This document shows, in pieces, positions 1 to 12,250 of a stretch of 64,000 nt of DNA; the stretch's first letter is position 1, and each line of letters opens with the position of its first letter. This DNA comes from Mobula hypostoma (lineage: Eukaryota). The stretch is from NCBI RefSeq assembly GCF_963921235.1, contig NC_086106.1, positions 25,420,001 through 25,484,000 of the forward strand, given 5' to 3'. Under the pieces are notes generated by a model. The model made no database searches, was not told where the DNA came from, and saw nothing but the letters and a program-made list of their open reading frames with translations. The translations under genes and the position numbers were made by a program.

Positions 1-383
1 AGAATTCCAGAGATACTTGAATGAGCTGACTCTGCGTCTGTGCATTACAACTGTAAACCTCGCCCGACATTCTGAGGCCGCTGCAGTTTTCCTCAGTCAT
101 AGAGCTTCAGCAGGATTTAAAGACATTCTCCATGATGCTGAGTGTATCAAATATTTTTGCCTGAGTTCATGTGCAACTGCATTTCAGTGTTATTATCTGA
201 CTTCCGTCAGCCGATAATTTAGGAGCATCCTGATTACAGATTTGAACTTCCTTGTTCCTGCAAGAAAGGACAGAATGCAGTGACTTCCCTGACTTGCACT
301 GAACTACGCTCTCGCTGGACATGTGTGCAGTATCTTAGCTGTCAGGATGGCGAATGAAAATTGTAAGAAACTGAGGGACACAT
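1..383 (-). pseudogene. TCR V pseudogene, family B copy 1 (3' end outside window)
   Basis: Leader-like exon 339-383 (45 nt, 1-nt deletion), acceptor at 258/259, V-like frame QDAPKLSADGSQIITLKCS...ECRARFTV; conserved Trp codon is TGA (plus 147-149). Confidence 0.8.
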
Positions 384-575
384 ATTCACTCGCTTCAGCC
401 CCGATAGGATCTCAAATCACTTACAAGAATTATCAACATGACAGATAATGGAGAGTAAACGTATCAGAAGAAGATTCAATGGTGCAATGCTCAACGATTG
501 CAAAATAAAACCAGAACAAAGGCTATATGAGAACTCGTCATAATCCAGTTACGTTGAAACCCCCATTTTGCTTTT

Positions 576-753
576 NNNNNNNNNNNNNNNNNNNNNNNNN
601 NNNNNNNNNNNNNNNNNNNNNNNNNNNNNNNNNNNNNNNNNNNNNNNNNNNNNNNNNNNNNNNNNNNNNNNNNNNNNNNNNNNNNNNNNNNNNNNNNNNN
701 NNNNNNNNNNNNNNNNNNNNNNNNNNNNNNNNNNNNNNNNNNNNNNNNNNNNN
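576..753. other. Assembly gap (N run)
   Basis: Run of N. Confidence 1.
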
Positions 754-1209
754 CCCCTCTCCCCACTCTACCTCTCGCCATTTATCTGTTTATCTATCGT
801 TCTCTCTTTATCTTGGTCTCTCTTTCTCACTCTTTTGTTCTATCCCAACCTACCCTCTCTCGCTCTCACTCCAGACATTGATTTCTATTTCTCTGTTTAT
901 CTACATGTTTGAACGCTCTAACAACTCACTCTCGCTTTCTTTGCCATTCTGCCCCTGCTCTATCCTTTTTCACAGCATGTCACTCCATACTAACCAGCGT
1001 ATCAGCGACGATTCCTCCGAGTCATCCGCAACGTTATGACTTTCCGCTGCTGCTGTTATCTAACTTATTATTAGCCTTTTAAGTTTTTGACGGAACACAT
1101 TTCAATCTTCCAGAACCCCGTTGGATTAGTCTTGTCAATAGCATATCAAATATCTATTCCCAGGGACGAGCTGGAATTAGATTTTTAACGGATTTGGAAG
1201 GCTCCGGCT

Positions 1210-1673
1210 AGAGCAGGTAAACATTGCGAACACTGAGGTGTCCAGATCCTGTATCGCCGGGGAACGTTGGTGCTGAACTGCGCAAAACTATTCAGTGGAT
1301 TCCGGCACGATTCCCTCGAACTTATTTAAGCGGAACAACTTTGTCCAGAGACCCGAAATATTACTGGACTGTCTTCGCGTAGAACAATATTTCCTGCCAT
1401 GAATATTTTCATCGGTTTTCCAGAATATTGGACGCACGACAAACAGGTTCTGCCAGATGCCAAGTGACTGCAGCTCAGTGGCACGGTTTCCCCTTCCACG
1501 GTCATTAAATCTCTCTTTATGAGGTTCACAAAATCTGCCTTACTTGTCCCTGTATCAAACCCCGAAAGCGTGAGGGGCGCCTGAACGCAGTCAACTTGGA
1601 GGGCACGCTCTGACAGCTTCGCCTGATTCAACAAACAGAGTAGTAAGTATAAAGAACATCGCAGCGGGAACAT
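1210..1673 (-). pseudogene. V-like pseudogene, family C copy 1 (no recognisable RSS)
   Basis: caccATG + hydrophobic MFPLRCSLYLLLCLL; acceptor gatacag|GGACAAGT at 1549/1550 homologous to family A exon start; MTVEGETVPLSCS...LSCVQYSGKP; shifted-frame 3' AIQDLDTSVFAM. Confidence 0.6.
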
Positions 1674-2369
1674 GGTGATTTGAATGAAATAAAGAGCAAG
1701 ATTTGAAGATGTTACTCCGATAAAACAGAAGTTACTCAAGTAAGTACGAGAGACTTTCCGGGAGATTCGGCGCTTTCGTTTCGATGTATATTCGTCTCCC
1801 CTCTCACTTCCTATGTTCCTATGGGAGAGTTTACTGCCGATCACCTGTCGGGGATATTGGAATGAGAAGAATGCTTGACTGTAACATCGAAACAGCGACT
1901 GCTGTCTCCTCTCTCGCTTTCCAACAAACCGTATCAGACTCTCCCTTGTTAGTATGAGAGACAGAAAGCCTGTGGGACAAAGAAATGATGCAGTAAACAG
2001 CTGTTGTTTTTTTCTTTTCCTGTACAGTAAGCCAAGCCTCTCCTTGTACCTTTGCGGTGACTTCGACGGTGGTTGGTGGTGGAATTGCTGATGCTTTATA
2101 TTACAATGAGTGAGAGAAGTAGAAGCTGGTTAGGTTAATGTTGCTGACCGCTGATTTTGCGAGAGATGTGGCCGTGGGCGTTCAGGTCTTACCTTTTTTT
2201 TTCTGATATTGGTGCTTTGGGTTTTTGTTCTGTATTAAGGATATCTGTGGAGACAATATATTTCAGGTTATGTATTGTGTCCATTCTCTGATTTTAAACG
2301 AAACGCTTTAAGCATGCTGGGCATACTTTTTGCAGTACTCTGGTATATCTGACAACAGCAAATATATAA

Positions 2370-2640
2370 TAAACGTTAACCAGTTTGGGTTAACTGTAAG
2401 CGTCTGTAAAGTGAAGGAATACATCAGGCTGTCTTTCATTAGTTCATAAAATATCAGTTGAGCGGGGAGGCGGAGTTAGTTGTGTACTGCAGAGCGCCTA
2501 TCGTGGCACCCTGGCGATATCTGGTGTTATTTCACCATGGATCCGGTTGGATTCCGAAAATATCGATGCTGTCAGCAAATACGTCTGTGCTCAGTTTCCA
2601 CATTTTGCGCGTTACCAAGTATTACACTGCCTGCAAAGGA
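2370..2640 (+). pseudogene. Possible highly degenerate V-like remnant, family D copy 1 (opposite strand)
   Basis: VNQFGLTVSVCKVKEYIRLSF ... SANTSVLSFHILRVTKYYTAC resembles Ig V strand A/B and E/F motifs; recurs five times. No RSS seen. Confidence 0.3.
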
Positions 2641-3951
2641 CGTTCTGGGTAGCATGTGCCCGTTATCGGAGGATCACTGCGTTTGTACGTTAAGAGGAAT
2701 GTGCTACAATTGGACCGATAATTCAGTCTGCTCCACCATTTCAGATGAAACACTGTGGTAATGGAATTCTTCGACACAGTAAACATATAATTAACATATA
2801 ATTAAAATAATAGGTTCAAAAAGTCGAAATATAACTTTGGAAACAGAAGCTATCACTGTGTGCTCCGTCGGTAGTAATCTGACGTCTCCCCTCTTTGTCT
2901 CTTCTATCGTGAGGTGATTCAAAGTTCTAAAAGCAGCAATAGATTATTTCCTTTGCAACAGTATTGAACGGTAGGATGAAATTGAATCTCAATCCCATCC
3001 GCCTCGGTATGACCTTGCTCTTTAATTCCTGCCTGCGCTGCATTTTTATACGGCTGTTAAAATATATTTTTGCATTATTTTATTGTTTAACTTTGCACTA
3101 CCTCCATCAAGGGTGTATTGAATTGATCTGTAAAAACCGAATCAAGGCAATCATATGACAACAATAAACAAATTCCTATCCAATTTACATATGTAGCGAA
3201 CTTCATCTGGCAATAAAATTACATCAGTTAAATCTTGTTGGGAAACTAGATTGTTCAAGCAATCACCCTGTTGTGATCCCATTCCCTCTCTCCTCCCTCG
3301 CTCTCTTTTACACTGAAAATGCCTACAAAAATATGAATCTCGGAGTAGTATGCGATCACATATATGTAGTTCAATCATAAATTCAGTTTAAGTATTGAAA
3401 CTCATTATCAAAGCAACGACCAATATAGTATCTGCATTCTCTGTCACGCTAAGAGCATCCACTGGTTGTGGCTCATTATCTAAATTCTCAAAATAAACAA
3501 TAAGTAGTTTTTCCAACATCCTGACTTTTATTAACCTGTCACTTGCAATTCTTCATCAATCGGAAAACCACAAATTTTCACACCATCTGGTGTCCTTTAG
3601 TCAGCAATTGTGTTATTTAAATATATCCCGAATCCACTCCGTTCTCATTATTTCTCACTGCAGGCACTCTAACAAAGGGCCATAGACAATGACAGACAAC
3701 GGTCTCAATGGGGATATGCCGTTGCAGCAACAGAGAGTGGGTGAATGCACATTCCGATATCCCGGAAAGTTGTGTAGTTCCATTTTGGGTCCGCGTTGTA
3801 ATCAACAACGGTTCCTTTAGATTCGGTGTCTTGTGCTGCTGATTACAGCGCTCTTATATAGAATACGTGACCATGGTTGATGGATGCGCCCCTTTGAGGT
3901 TCGTCGCAAAACGACACCCTCCAGAGAAAGCTTTTAGCATTATAGAGGACC

Positions 3952-3990
3952 AGTTTTTGTTTGGACCCGCCGTCGCTGTATAACTGAGTG
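3952..3990 (-). promoter_or_regulatory. 23-RSS of V A1 (degenerate heptamer)
   Basis: Minus strand CACTCAG + 23 nt + ACAAAAACT. Confidence 0.85.
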
Positions 3991-6439
3991 GTGCTCATTT
4001 CACAGACGTGCATGCCAGAGTCCGACTCAAGAACTTCACTGATATTTAATTGAGACGTCTTGCTGGCTTTCTGCAAACTAGCGGTAAACCTCACTGCGCA
4101 ATCTTGATACCGCTCCATTCCTCCTGTGCTATGTAACTTCGGCAAATAATTTGGACGTTTTACGCTATGTTGAATGTACCAACAGATATTTGCACTTGCG
4201 TAAGTGTAATTAAAGTAAGGTGTTATGTTCTGTCCTTCCTCCGCCATTAAGTCGGGAGGATCCTGCGTCACCGAATCTTTTCCGCTCGCTCCTGTAATAA
4301 AGCAGTGGTCCCCAACCACAGAACCGCGGACCGGTACCGCGCCGCAAAGCATGTGCTGCCAGACCGCAGGGAAAATATATGATTTGGCGATATGAAACGA
4401 TATGAGTCATTCGCACCTTTCCTCATTCCCTGTCACGCCCACTATTGAACTTGAACACACGCGAGGTTTTTACTCACGCGAGGACATCAGATGGTCATTA
4501 ACCTGCAACTCCTCGATGAGTAAAAAAGAAACGTTGCTTGAGAGTTTCTTTGAAAGAGATGGTAGGAGACATGAAAGGCCCAACGATGACGATAACGCAG
4601 AGACAGCTGAGGCCGAGACTGCAAAAAAAAAACAGAAAGCTTCCTTCAACAGAAAATGCGACGCGTTGTACATAAACTATGGCTTTATTACGACCAGTGA
4701 CTCGCACGCTCCAAGCGCCCTGTGTGTCATATGTGGAGACAAAGTGTCTAATTAGGTAATGAAGCCCTCAAGACTGCTTCGGAACCTTGAGTCCAAGCAC
4801 AATGCACTTAAATACGTTGAGTTTTTCGAGCGGAAGAAGCGTGAGCAAGCGGAACAGTAGCAAGTGCTGAGAGCCATCTCCTCCACAAATACTGCTGCTC
4901 TGAGAGCGTCGTACTTAGTGGTTAGCCGTATTGCTAAGGCTAAGAAACCTGTCGCTGTTGCTGACGATTTGATTCTGCCTGCTGCCAAAGACTTGTGCTG
5001 TGAACTGTTGGGAGAAGCTGCAGCTAACAAGATGGCACAGGTTTCTCTTTCAGCTACCACAATCTCAAGACGAATCGATCACATAGCGGAGGACATTGAA
5101 GCACAGCAGTTGTAACAGCTTAACGAGTCTGGTTTCACTACCCGAGTCAAAGAGGTTGCTCCTGAAAGACAGGCTACACACTGTGTCACACACAGGGAAA
5201 TGCTGGCTAGCCGAAAAATGACACCTGACCATAACAGCGTATTGAGTGACGTTGTTGAAGTTATCAACCACATCAAAGCAAAAGACCTGAACTCACGTCT
5301 GTTTGAGCAGCTTTGCGAGGAAATGGATTCAGAGCACAAACACCTTCTCTTACACACTGAAGTCAGGTGGCTATCAAGGGGGAGAGCCCTGGCCAGGGCT
5401 GTCGAGGTAAGACGGCAACTAAAGAAATTTCTTTCGAGTAAAAAAGTCACCACTGGCAGCACGCTTCAGTGACGAGGAGGCGGACATCAAAAATCGCTTA
5501 TCTGTGTAACATCTTCAAACTGCTCAATGAACTCAATTTGTCACTCCGGGGAGAATGACAACTGTCTTCAATTTGGCAGATAAAGTGTCTGCTTTCACAG
5601 CCAAACTGGAACTGTGTGGACGGCGACTGGACAGGGGCATATTTGACATGTTCCCAACATTAGCTAGGAGTTTAGGAGCGACTGAGGTTCACAGCTCGTG
5701 CACGAACACCTATCTTCGTTGTCGACAGAATTCGAGCGTTACTTCCCAACCGCAAATGACTGAAGACGTGCAAATGAATGGGTCCGTGATCCATTTGTGA
5801 ATGTCCCCGGTGAATCACTATGTCAGCGCGAGAAGAAGATCAACTGTTTGAGCTTGCAAACGACGATGAGCTGAAAAGTATGTTTGACATAACATCTCTT
5901 CCGGCATTCTGGATCAAAGTCAAGGCTGAATACACTGAGATAGCCGCGAAAGCACTGAAAACGTGGCTTCCATTTCCAACATCATATCTCTGCGAAGCGG
6001 AGTTTTTGCAATGAATGCAATGAATACTAAATTGCGGAATAGACTGGACATAGGGAATCCCCTTATAACTGTCTTATCACTATATTCATGCAAGGAAAAT
6101 ATGCGCTGTTTGTTTAATAATAAATTCGTTAGATAAACCCTTTTAAAACTAAATTGAGTGCATTAGCCACTGAAACTGATTTATAATTGACTTATCACCT
6201 GTACTCTGGTTATGATTAACACCCCCCCCCCACACCCCCACACGTCTGCCAGTCCACAAGAATATTGTCAATATTAAAACGGTCCGCGGTGCAAAATTGG
6301 TCGGGTCCCTGCAGTAAAGGACAGAATACATCAACTTCGCTTGCTTGTATTGAACGCCGGGGAAATTCGTTAGCCTCCTTCACAGAGACTTGCCAGGCAG
6401 TACAGTCAATCCAATCAGCAATAAACAGATGGAAATCAT
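3991..6439 (-). pseudogene. TCR alpha/delta-type V, family A copy 1, probably non-functional (leader 6394-6439, V exon 3991-4291)
   Basis: Leader MISICLLLIGLTVLP with GC donor; V exon open but first Cys lost (ITPYFNY vs ITLNCNY), YLC changed to HVC, heptamer altered, 2-kb hAT in the intron. Confidence 0.85.
4303..6311 (+). mobile_element. Non-autonomous hAT (Charlie/ZBED5-SCAND3-like) DNA transposon, copy 1
   Basis: Termini CAGTGGTCCCCAACC ... GGTCGGGTCCCTG; 8-bp TSD taataaag/cagtaaag (6/8); broken transposase (BED-finger remnant LCVICGDKVSN, HCVTHRE, LPFPTSYLCEAEF). Confidence 0.9.
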
Positions 6440-6598
6440 GGTGTCTAATTTCTGGCTGAATCGAACGGCAGTTTCCTTCCAGGACGTAGTTATCACTTAA
6501 TAGTTATTGCGGTGTGAGATCGTTTCATCAACACCTTTCACCTACTGTAAGCGCGAGGACGTTTTCCTGGTTAAAGGATGGGCCGACACAATGAACCG

Positions 6599-6607
6599 AC
6601 CAATCAG
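6599..6607. promoter_or_regulatory. CCAAT (NF-Y-type) motif upstream of A1 leader
   Basis: ACCAATCAG ~160 nt upstream of ATG; same position in A4 (23994), A5 (34357), A7 (43926), A9 (54412). Confidence 0.5.
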
Positions 6608-7649
6608 CGTTTGCTTTGTTTCGATTCGACGTTCTGCCTGTTTCTTCGCTCCTTCAACGTTCCGCATTCTTCCCCACTACGCTCTCTCTCTCTCTCTGTC
6701 TCTCTCTGTCGTCTCTCTCTCTCTCTTTCCCAGTATGCTCTACTTCCTCAGTTTCCCGGTACTCTGCATCTCTGCTTGTTCACTGCACATACTTACCGAT
6801 GTGTAATCCACCACAAGCTTTTCACGTTGTCCCTTCTTCAAAATCAGCAAAATCTCGCTGGAAGTAGTTGATGTATTTATTTATTTGTTTTATTAAGCCG
6901 GCCTTAAGACAATATGCTTCAGTCTTCCGGCATTCAGCTAGTTTTTTCTATGTCTGCAAGTTATTTTTTCCCTAAGCTTTGTATACTGTAAGAGAGGCAT
7001 CTGCTATCCACGCCAGTAGACTCCTGACAACACACTCTGTGTAGCCAACATATTCTTAGTTGAAAAACTCACATCTGGTATTACCCTTGAAATTTGTTCC
7101 AATCGTCTTAAAATATCGTCCTCTTGCGTCCACTTCGAAGTCTCCAACCTCAGCTACTGGAAACTCGTGTTCCAATTCGGTACACTCACTTACACTGCAC
7201 TCTTCTCTGTATGCATGGGCCAGCTTCTCCCGGACCACAATAACAGTAGGCTGGTCAACTGCCGTCACATCTTCCCTAGCCTGGGCGAAAACGAAATGTT
7301 TTCCTGCTGATTGGTCAAACTATCTACGTCACTGAACTTTGATCCATCGGTTTTTGCAACGAAGGAAAGAATCATTCCGCATTCTGAGAGGGTGCTTAAT
7401 CCGGGACATGTTGAGGTACTATGAGAAATTCACCAGACACAATGACTATTATAACCAGAAATAGGACCCTGATCAGGATCAGCAAGGTTCCTATAAAATC
7501 TAGCCTGTCTGTATGTAATTACCTCCGCCGAACTCTTTCTTACTCGGTTCCTTTATTTATTTTTTTCATTCGCCGCTTTTCTGTTTCTTCCTTCGACTTC
7601 CTGTTTCTTTCATACTGCGCCGTCCTCTTTACCGCAGCTTTCGTTATCG

Positions 7650-7851
7650 NNNNNNNNNNNNNNNNNNNNNNNNNNNNNNNNNNNNNNNNNNNNNNNNNNN
7701 NNNNNNNNNNNNNNNNNNNNNNNNNNNNNNNNNNNNNNNNNNNNNNNNNNNNNNNNNNNNNNNNNNNNNNNNNNNNNNNNNNNNNNNNNNNNNNNNNNNN
7801 NNNNNNNNNNNNNNNNNNNNNNNNNNNNNNNNNNNNNNNNNNNNNNNNNNN
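7650..7851. other. Assembly gap (N run)
   Basis: Run of N. Confidence 1.
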
Positions 7852-9324
7852 TTTCTGGTTCTGTACGGTCCTACCTATTTCTTTTTCCATGTACATCACT
7901 CGGTTCCTCTACTCCATCACTCCCACATTCTTAGAGGCTAGACGGTTGTTCAAGTGGAAAAGTGACATTCACCATGAACGGGATAACTACCCTGCGTGAA
8001 TTACTGACACTAATAAATTTCAATATTTCGTTGCACATCGTTGCACTGTAGCATAGAAGGAAACACAATACAGATCTCGATATATGGATTATGTGGGCAT
8101 TTCTTTTAGGTAACGCACTTCTAATCGACTGTATTTTGCACAAGCGAATCTGAGTCCCACACTTGCTGACTGAGGTAATTTCAAATAAGATTAGACGGCA
8201 CGGTGTGATTTTATTAAACTCTGATGAATGAAAGTTTGAATCAGAAAATCAAACAATTCGTGAAAAGTGCAAATAACAACGTGTTACTGAAACAATTACT
8301 GGGTATAACTAGAAATAGTCAGCCTGCCTGGAAACGACTTTGGAGATTAAACTTTCAGACATTTCATGGGGATTGTGAACTAATTTGGGCAGTGTCACCA
8401 ATGGGATTGTTTCATGCATAACACAAGTTTAAAATGATACTAGTAAAATACTGTTAGAAGACTGAAAACGGATGCTTTAATTCTGTTATCCTTTCTTCGA
8501 CAGAAAACTGAACATTATTTCTGTTCTCTTTTCCAGTCGTGCAGGTAAGATATTATTTACAAGGATAGTTTCTGCTCTGCGTCGTCAGAGTAATGGGATG
8601 CAGGATGAGATAGTCTGTAAACCCCCAATGCACTTGTTCTGGCCTTACTCTTAGCTGCCATGCAATATTTTGTTATTTTGGCTGTTATTTTCTTCTGCGT
8701 TTCAAAAGTTTTATACTATCTCATACTATCTCATCACACAGTGCAATGAATTGATATGTATGATCAGAACCAATTCAACAGTTCACAGTGTGTTGGCACA
8801 TTTTACTATTTAATAAATGCAACTCTAACTTCGATATTTAACAAGACGTTGGAAGGACGCCGTTGTCATTGACATAACTATTCTGGATACATTAAACAAC
8901 CTTGTTTTGTCCTATCTTGTCACTCCTATTCCTTCATCACAGATCTACCAGAATTGTATCCTCTGTATGTATCATACTATAGATCCATAGGTTGTGTAAC
9001 TTATGTAAATAATCAATGAAATGATAAGTATTTGTCACAACATGCCACTTGTTATGCATAGTCAATCCGAGGAACACTGATTTTACCCCACTCTCTGATT
9101 TTCTTCTTTGAATCAATGTCAATAGTTTCCACATGAGCATTCGGCTTGATCTGTAGCATTTGATGTTGCACCGAATTCAATGTTTTCTATTTCCAAGTTC
9201 GACGATAACCTCGCTGTTGTTTCCTCAAGAAACCCTAACAATCTGGCAAAAAAACTACGTTGAATATAGCTGACAATCGTGATATGGCATCCCATGCAAA
9301 AGAGGGTATTTAGATACCGTAGAT

Positions 9325-11347
9325 CAGGGTTCCCCGACCTATTTTGCACGGCGGACCGGTTTACTATTGACAATATTCCTGCGGACCGGCCGACCGGAAC
9401 GTGGGGGGGCGGGGGGGGGGTTGCTGACGGTGGGGCTGTTAATCACATCCGGAATATAGGTGCTAAGTCAACTATAAGTCACGTATTAGTGGCTAATACA
9501 CTGAATTTCGTTTCTAAAATGGTTTATCTAGCGAATTTAATATTAAACGCACAGCGCATATTTTCCTCGCATGAAGACAGTGATAAGTCAATTTTAAGAG
9601 GGTTCCTTTTGTCCAGTCTGTTCCGCAATTTAGCTATCATTGCACTCATTGCAGAAAACTCCGCTTCGCAGAGATATGATGTTGGAAATGGAAGCAACGT
9701 TATCAGTGTTTTCGTGGCTATCTCAGGATATTCATCCTTAACTTTGATCCAGAATGCCCGAAGAGATGTTATGTCAATCATATTTTTCAGACCTTCGTCA
9801 TTTGCAAGCTCGAGGAGTTGATCTTGTTCTCGCACTGACATAGATGATTCACCGAGTACATTCACAAATAGGTCACGGACCCATTCCTCTGCAGGTCTTG
9901 CGTCATTTGCGGTTGAGAAGTAACGCTCGAATTCTGTCGATAGCGAAGATAGGCGTCACGCACGAGCTCTGAGCCTCAGTCTCTCCCAAATTCCCAGCTA
10001 ATGTTGGGAACAAGTCAAATATGCACCTGTCCACTCGCCGTCCCCACAGTACCAGGTTGGCTGTGAAAACAGACACTTTATCTGCAAAATTGAAGACAGT
10101 TGTCATTCTCTCCTGTAGTGACAAATTGAGTTCTTATAGTAGGTTGACGATGTCACACAGATAAGCGAGTTTTGCTGTCCACTGCTCGTCACTGAAGTGT
10201 GCTGCCAGTGGTGACTTTATTTTTTTTCTCTAAAGAAATCTCTGTAACTGCTCTCTTATCTCGAAAACCCTGGCCAGGACGCTTCCCCTTGATAGCCACC
10301 TGACTTCAGTGTGTGGAGAAGGCGTTTGTGCTCTGTACCCATTTCCTCGCAAATCTGCTCAAACAGACGTGAGGTCAGGGCTTTTGCTTTGATGTGATTG
10401 ATAACTTCAACAACGTCACTCAATACACTGTTAAGGTCAGGTGACATTTGTCGGCTAGCCAGCATTACCCTGTGTGTGACACAGTGTGTAGACTGTCTTT
10501 CTGGAGCAAACTCTTTGACTCGGGTAGTGAAACCAGCCTAGTTAAGCCGTTCCAACAGCTGTGCTTCGATGTCCTCCGCTATGTCATCGATTCTCCTTGA
10601 AACTGTGGTAGCTGAAAGAGCTGTTCCCAACAGTTCACGGCAGATGTCTTTGACAGCAGGCAGAATCAATTCTTCACCAACAGTGAAAAGCTTCTTAGCC
10701 TCAGCAATATGGCTAGCCACTAAGTACGACGCTCTCAGAGCAGCAGCTTTTGTGAACGTGGTGGCTCTCAGCCCTTGCTTCTGTTCCGCTTGATCACGTT
10801 TCTTCTGCTCAAAAAACTCAACGGCTTTGTGTTTAAGAGCAGGGTGCCTGGACTCGAGTTTCCGAAGCAGTCTTGAGTGCTTCATTGCCTCATTAGAGAG
10901 CCTGTCTCCACATATCACACACAGAGGGCTTGGGGCGTGCGAGTCTCCGGTCGAAATAAAGCCATATTTTATGTACGACTCGTCGTATTTTCTGTTGAAG
11001 GCTGCTTTCTTTTCTTCTTTTTTTTTGCAGTCTCGGCCTCAGTTGTCTCTTAATGCGTTATCATCATCTTTAGGCCTTTTATGTCTCCTCCCATCGCTTC
11101 CAAGAAACTCTCAAGCGACGTTTGGGTTTTACTTATCGAGTAGTTGCAGGTTAATAACCAACTGATATCCTCGCATGAGTAATGACCTGGCGTGCGTTCA
11201 AGTTCAGTAGTGTACGTGACAGGGAAGAGGAAAGGCACAGCTGACTCATATCGTTTCATATCGCCAGATAATATCGTTTCCCCGCGGACCGGTAGCACAC
11301 CTTTGCGGCCTCGCACCGGTTCGCGGCCCGGTGGTTGGGGACCACTG
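9325..11347 (-). mobile_element. Non-autonomous hAT transposon, copy 2
   Basis: Termini cagggttccccgacc / ggttggggaccactg; perfect 8-bp TSD CCGTAGAT at 9317-9324 and 11348-11355; fragmented transposase ORFs on minus strand. Confidence 0.93.
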
Positions 11348-11554
11348 CCGTAGATATACAAGAAATACAATGTAATGCTTTCATTTGAGTTGAATGCAAG
11401 AATAGTACTCAAGCTTGACAGGTTTTGCGACCGAGCGACACCCCTTTAACTCGACCACGTAATCTTACTAATATCTGTGTCCGCCCCTTGCACTTAAATG
11501 GCAAAACAGGCCCTCCGCTGACATTTATTTAATTACCCAGAACTGTTTTACTTT

Positions 11555-11957
11555 TGCTTTTGTCCGTACCCGAGGTTTCCCTGCTTTAGCGTGGTTCCTC
11601 ATGACACAGAGGAACATGGTGCACTGCAACAAAGAGCTCCAAGATATTCTTCGCTTTAACAGTAACCGGACATTATGGAGAGCGCTCGAAATATTTCAGA
11701 AATTATTTTAGAGATTCCCCGTAATGCTGACTGTACTAAAAGTAGTTACTCCAGAGTTAGTGTTGTGTTACTCTCTTTCTCAAACTTTAATTGAATGGAA
11801 CCCTACATCACTGTATTTATTTTCACTCAATACAAGATAAAATGTTGGAAGGTCCCTGGCTTGCACTAATCTTACTAGGAATCAGTTGGACGCCACTTTC
11901 CGACACTCGCTGGGCAAAAGGCCAGTGCAAACTATAAGGAACAAAGGAATGGCGCAT
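11555..11957 (-). pseudogene. Degenerate TCR V pseudogene with leader and 23-RSS
   Basis: gacgccATG leader-like exon ~11910-11957; V remnant ending ATG TTC CTC TGT GTC ATG AGG; RSS CACGCTA + 23 nt + ACAAAAGCA (11555-11593). Confidence 0.7.
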
Positions 11958-12029
11958 GGCGTCGGGGTTCTGACTCTGTCGAAAAGCAGTCTAGTGCCAA
12001 GCAGCTACTTCTGATTGACAGATATGGAA

Positions 12030-12250
12030 ATCGTTAGTATAAGTAAAATTCAGTGTTATGGTCAGCTTCCCTTCGAGCGTTAATTCAGGAGGGTCCTGTT
12101 TCACTAAATCTTCCCTCTGGCTTCTGCAAGAAAGAACACATGTATGAGCATCCCTGGTTTGTAATACAACCATGGGGCATTGATTGTCCATCACAGAGAC
12201 TCACCATGCAGAACAAATATTCTAATTAGTAACGAACGGAGGGTACGCCT
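12030..12250 (-). pseudogene. 5' V fragment (leader + FR1 only)
   Basis: 46-nt leader 12205-12250 (ATG mutated to AGG), GTGAGT donor, acceptor at 12124/12125, DLVKQDPPELTLEGKLTITLNFTY then loss of similarity. Confidence 0.75.

Noticed and set aside
491-1039. ORFs spanning N gaps or CT/GA-rich tracts (also 7421-7999, 27457-27996, 54307-54666)
   Set aside because: Artefacts of N runs and low-complexity sequence lacking stops.
2220-2249. GGTTTTTGT nonamer followed by a TCTGTG-like motif (also ~47609)
   Set aside because: No heptamer at 12 or 23 nt; it lies in a recurrent repeat-like flank.
2751-2860. CACTGTG heptamers at 2751 and 2854
   Set aside because: No nonamer at either legal spacing.
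3843-4352. ORF-track proteins extending past the V exons (also 23223, 43144, 33701, 53759)
   Set aside because: The extensions are translated RSS and flank, and the N-termini are transposon or intron sequence; true structures are leader + V exon.
8511-8552. Possible 8-nt micro-exon (ttttccag TCGTGCAG gtaaga)
   Set aside because: Good splice sites but no partner exons or other support; could be chance.
9279-9821. Long ORFs 9279-9821 (+) and 31293-31931 (-)
   Set aside because: Antisense frames across the 3' end of the hAT copies, not independent genes.
11805-11815. TACAGTG as heptamer for the 12-kb V fragment
   Set aside because: Aligns instead to the DSV (GATTCAGTG) start of the next V remnant; no nonamer.
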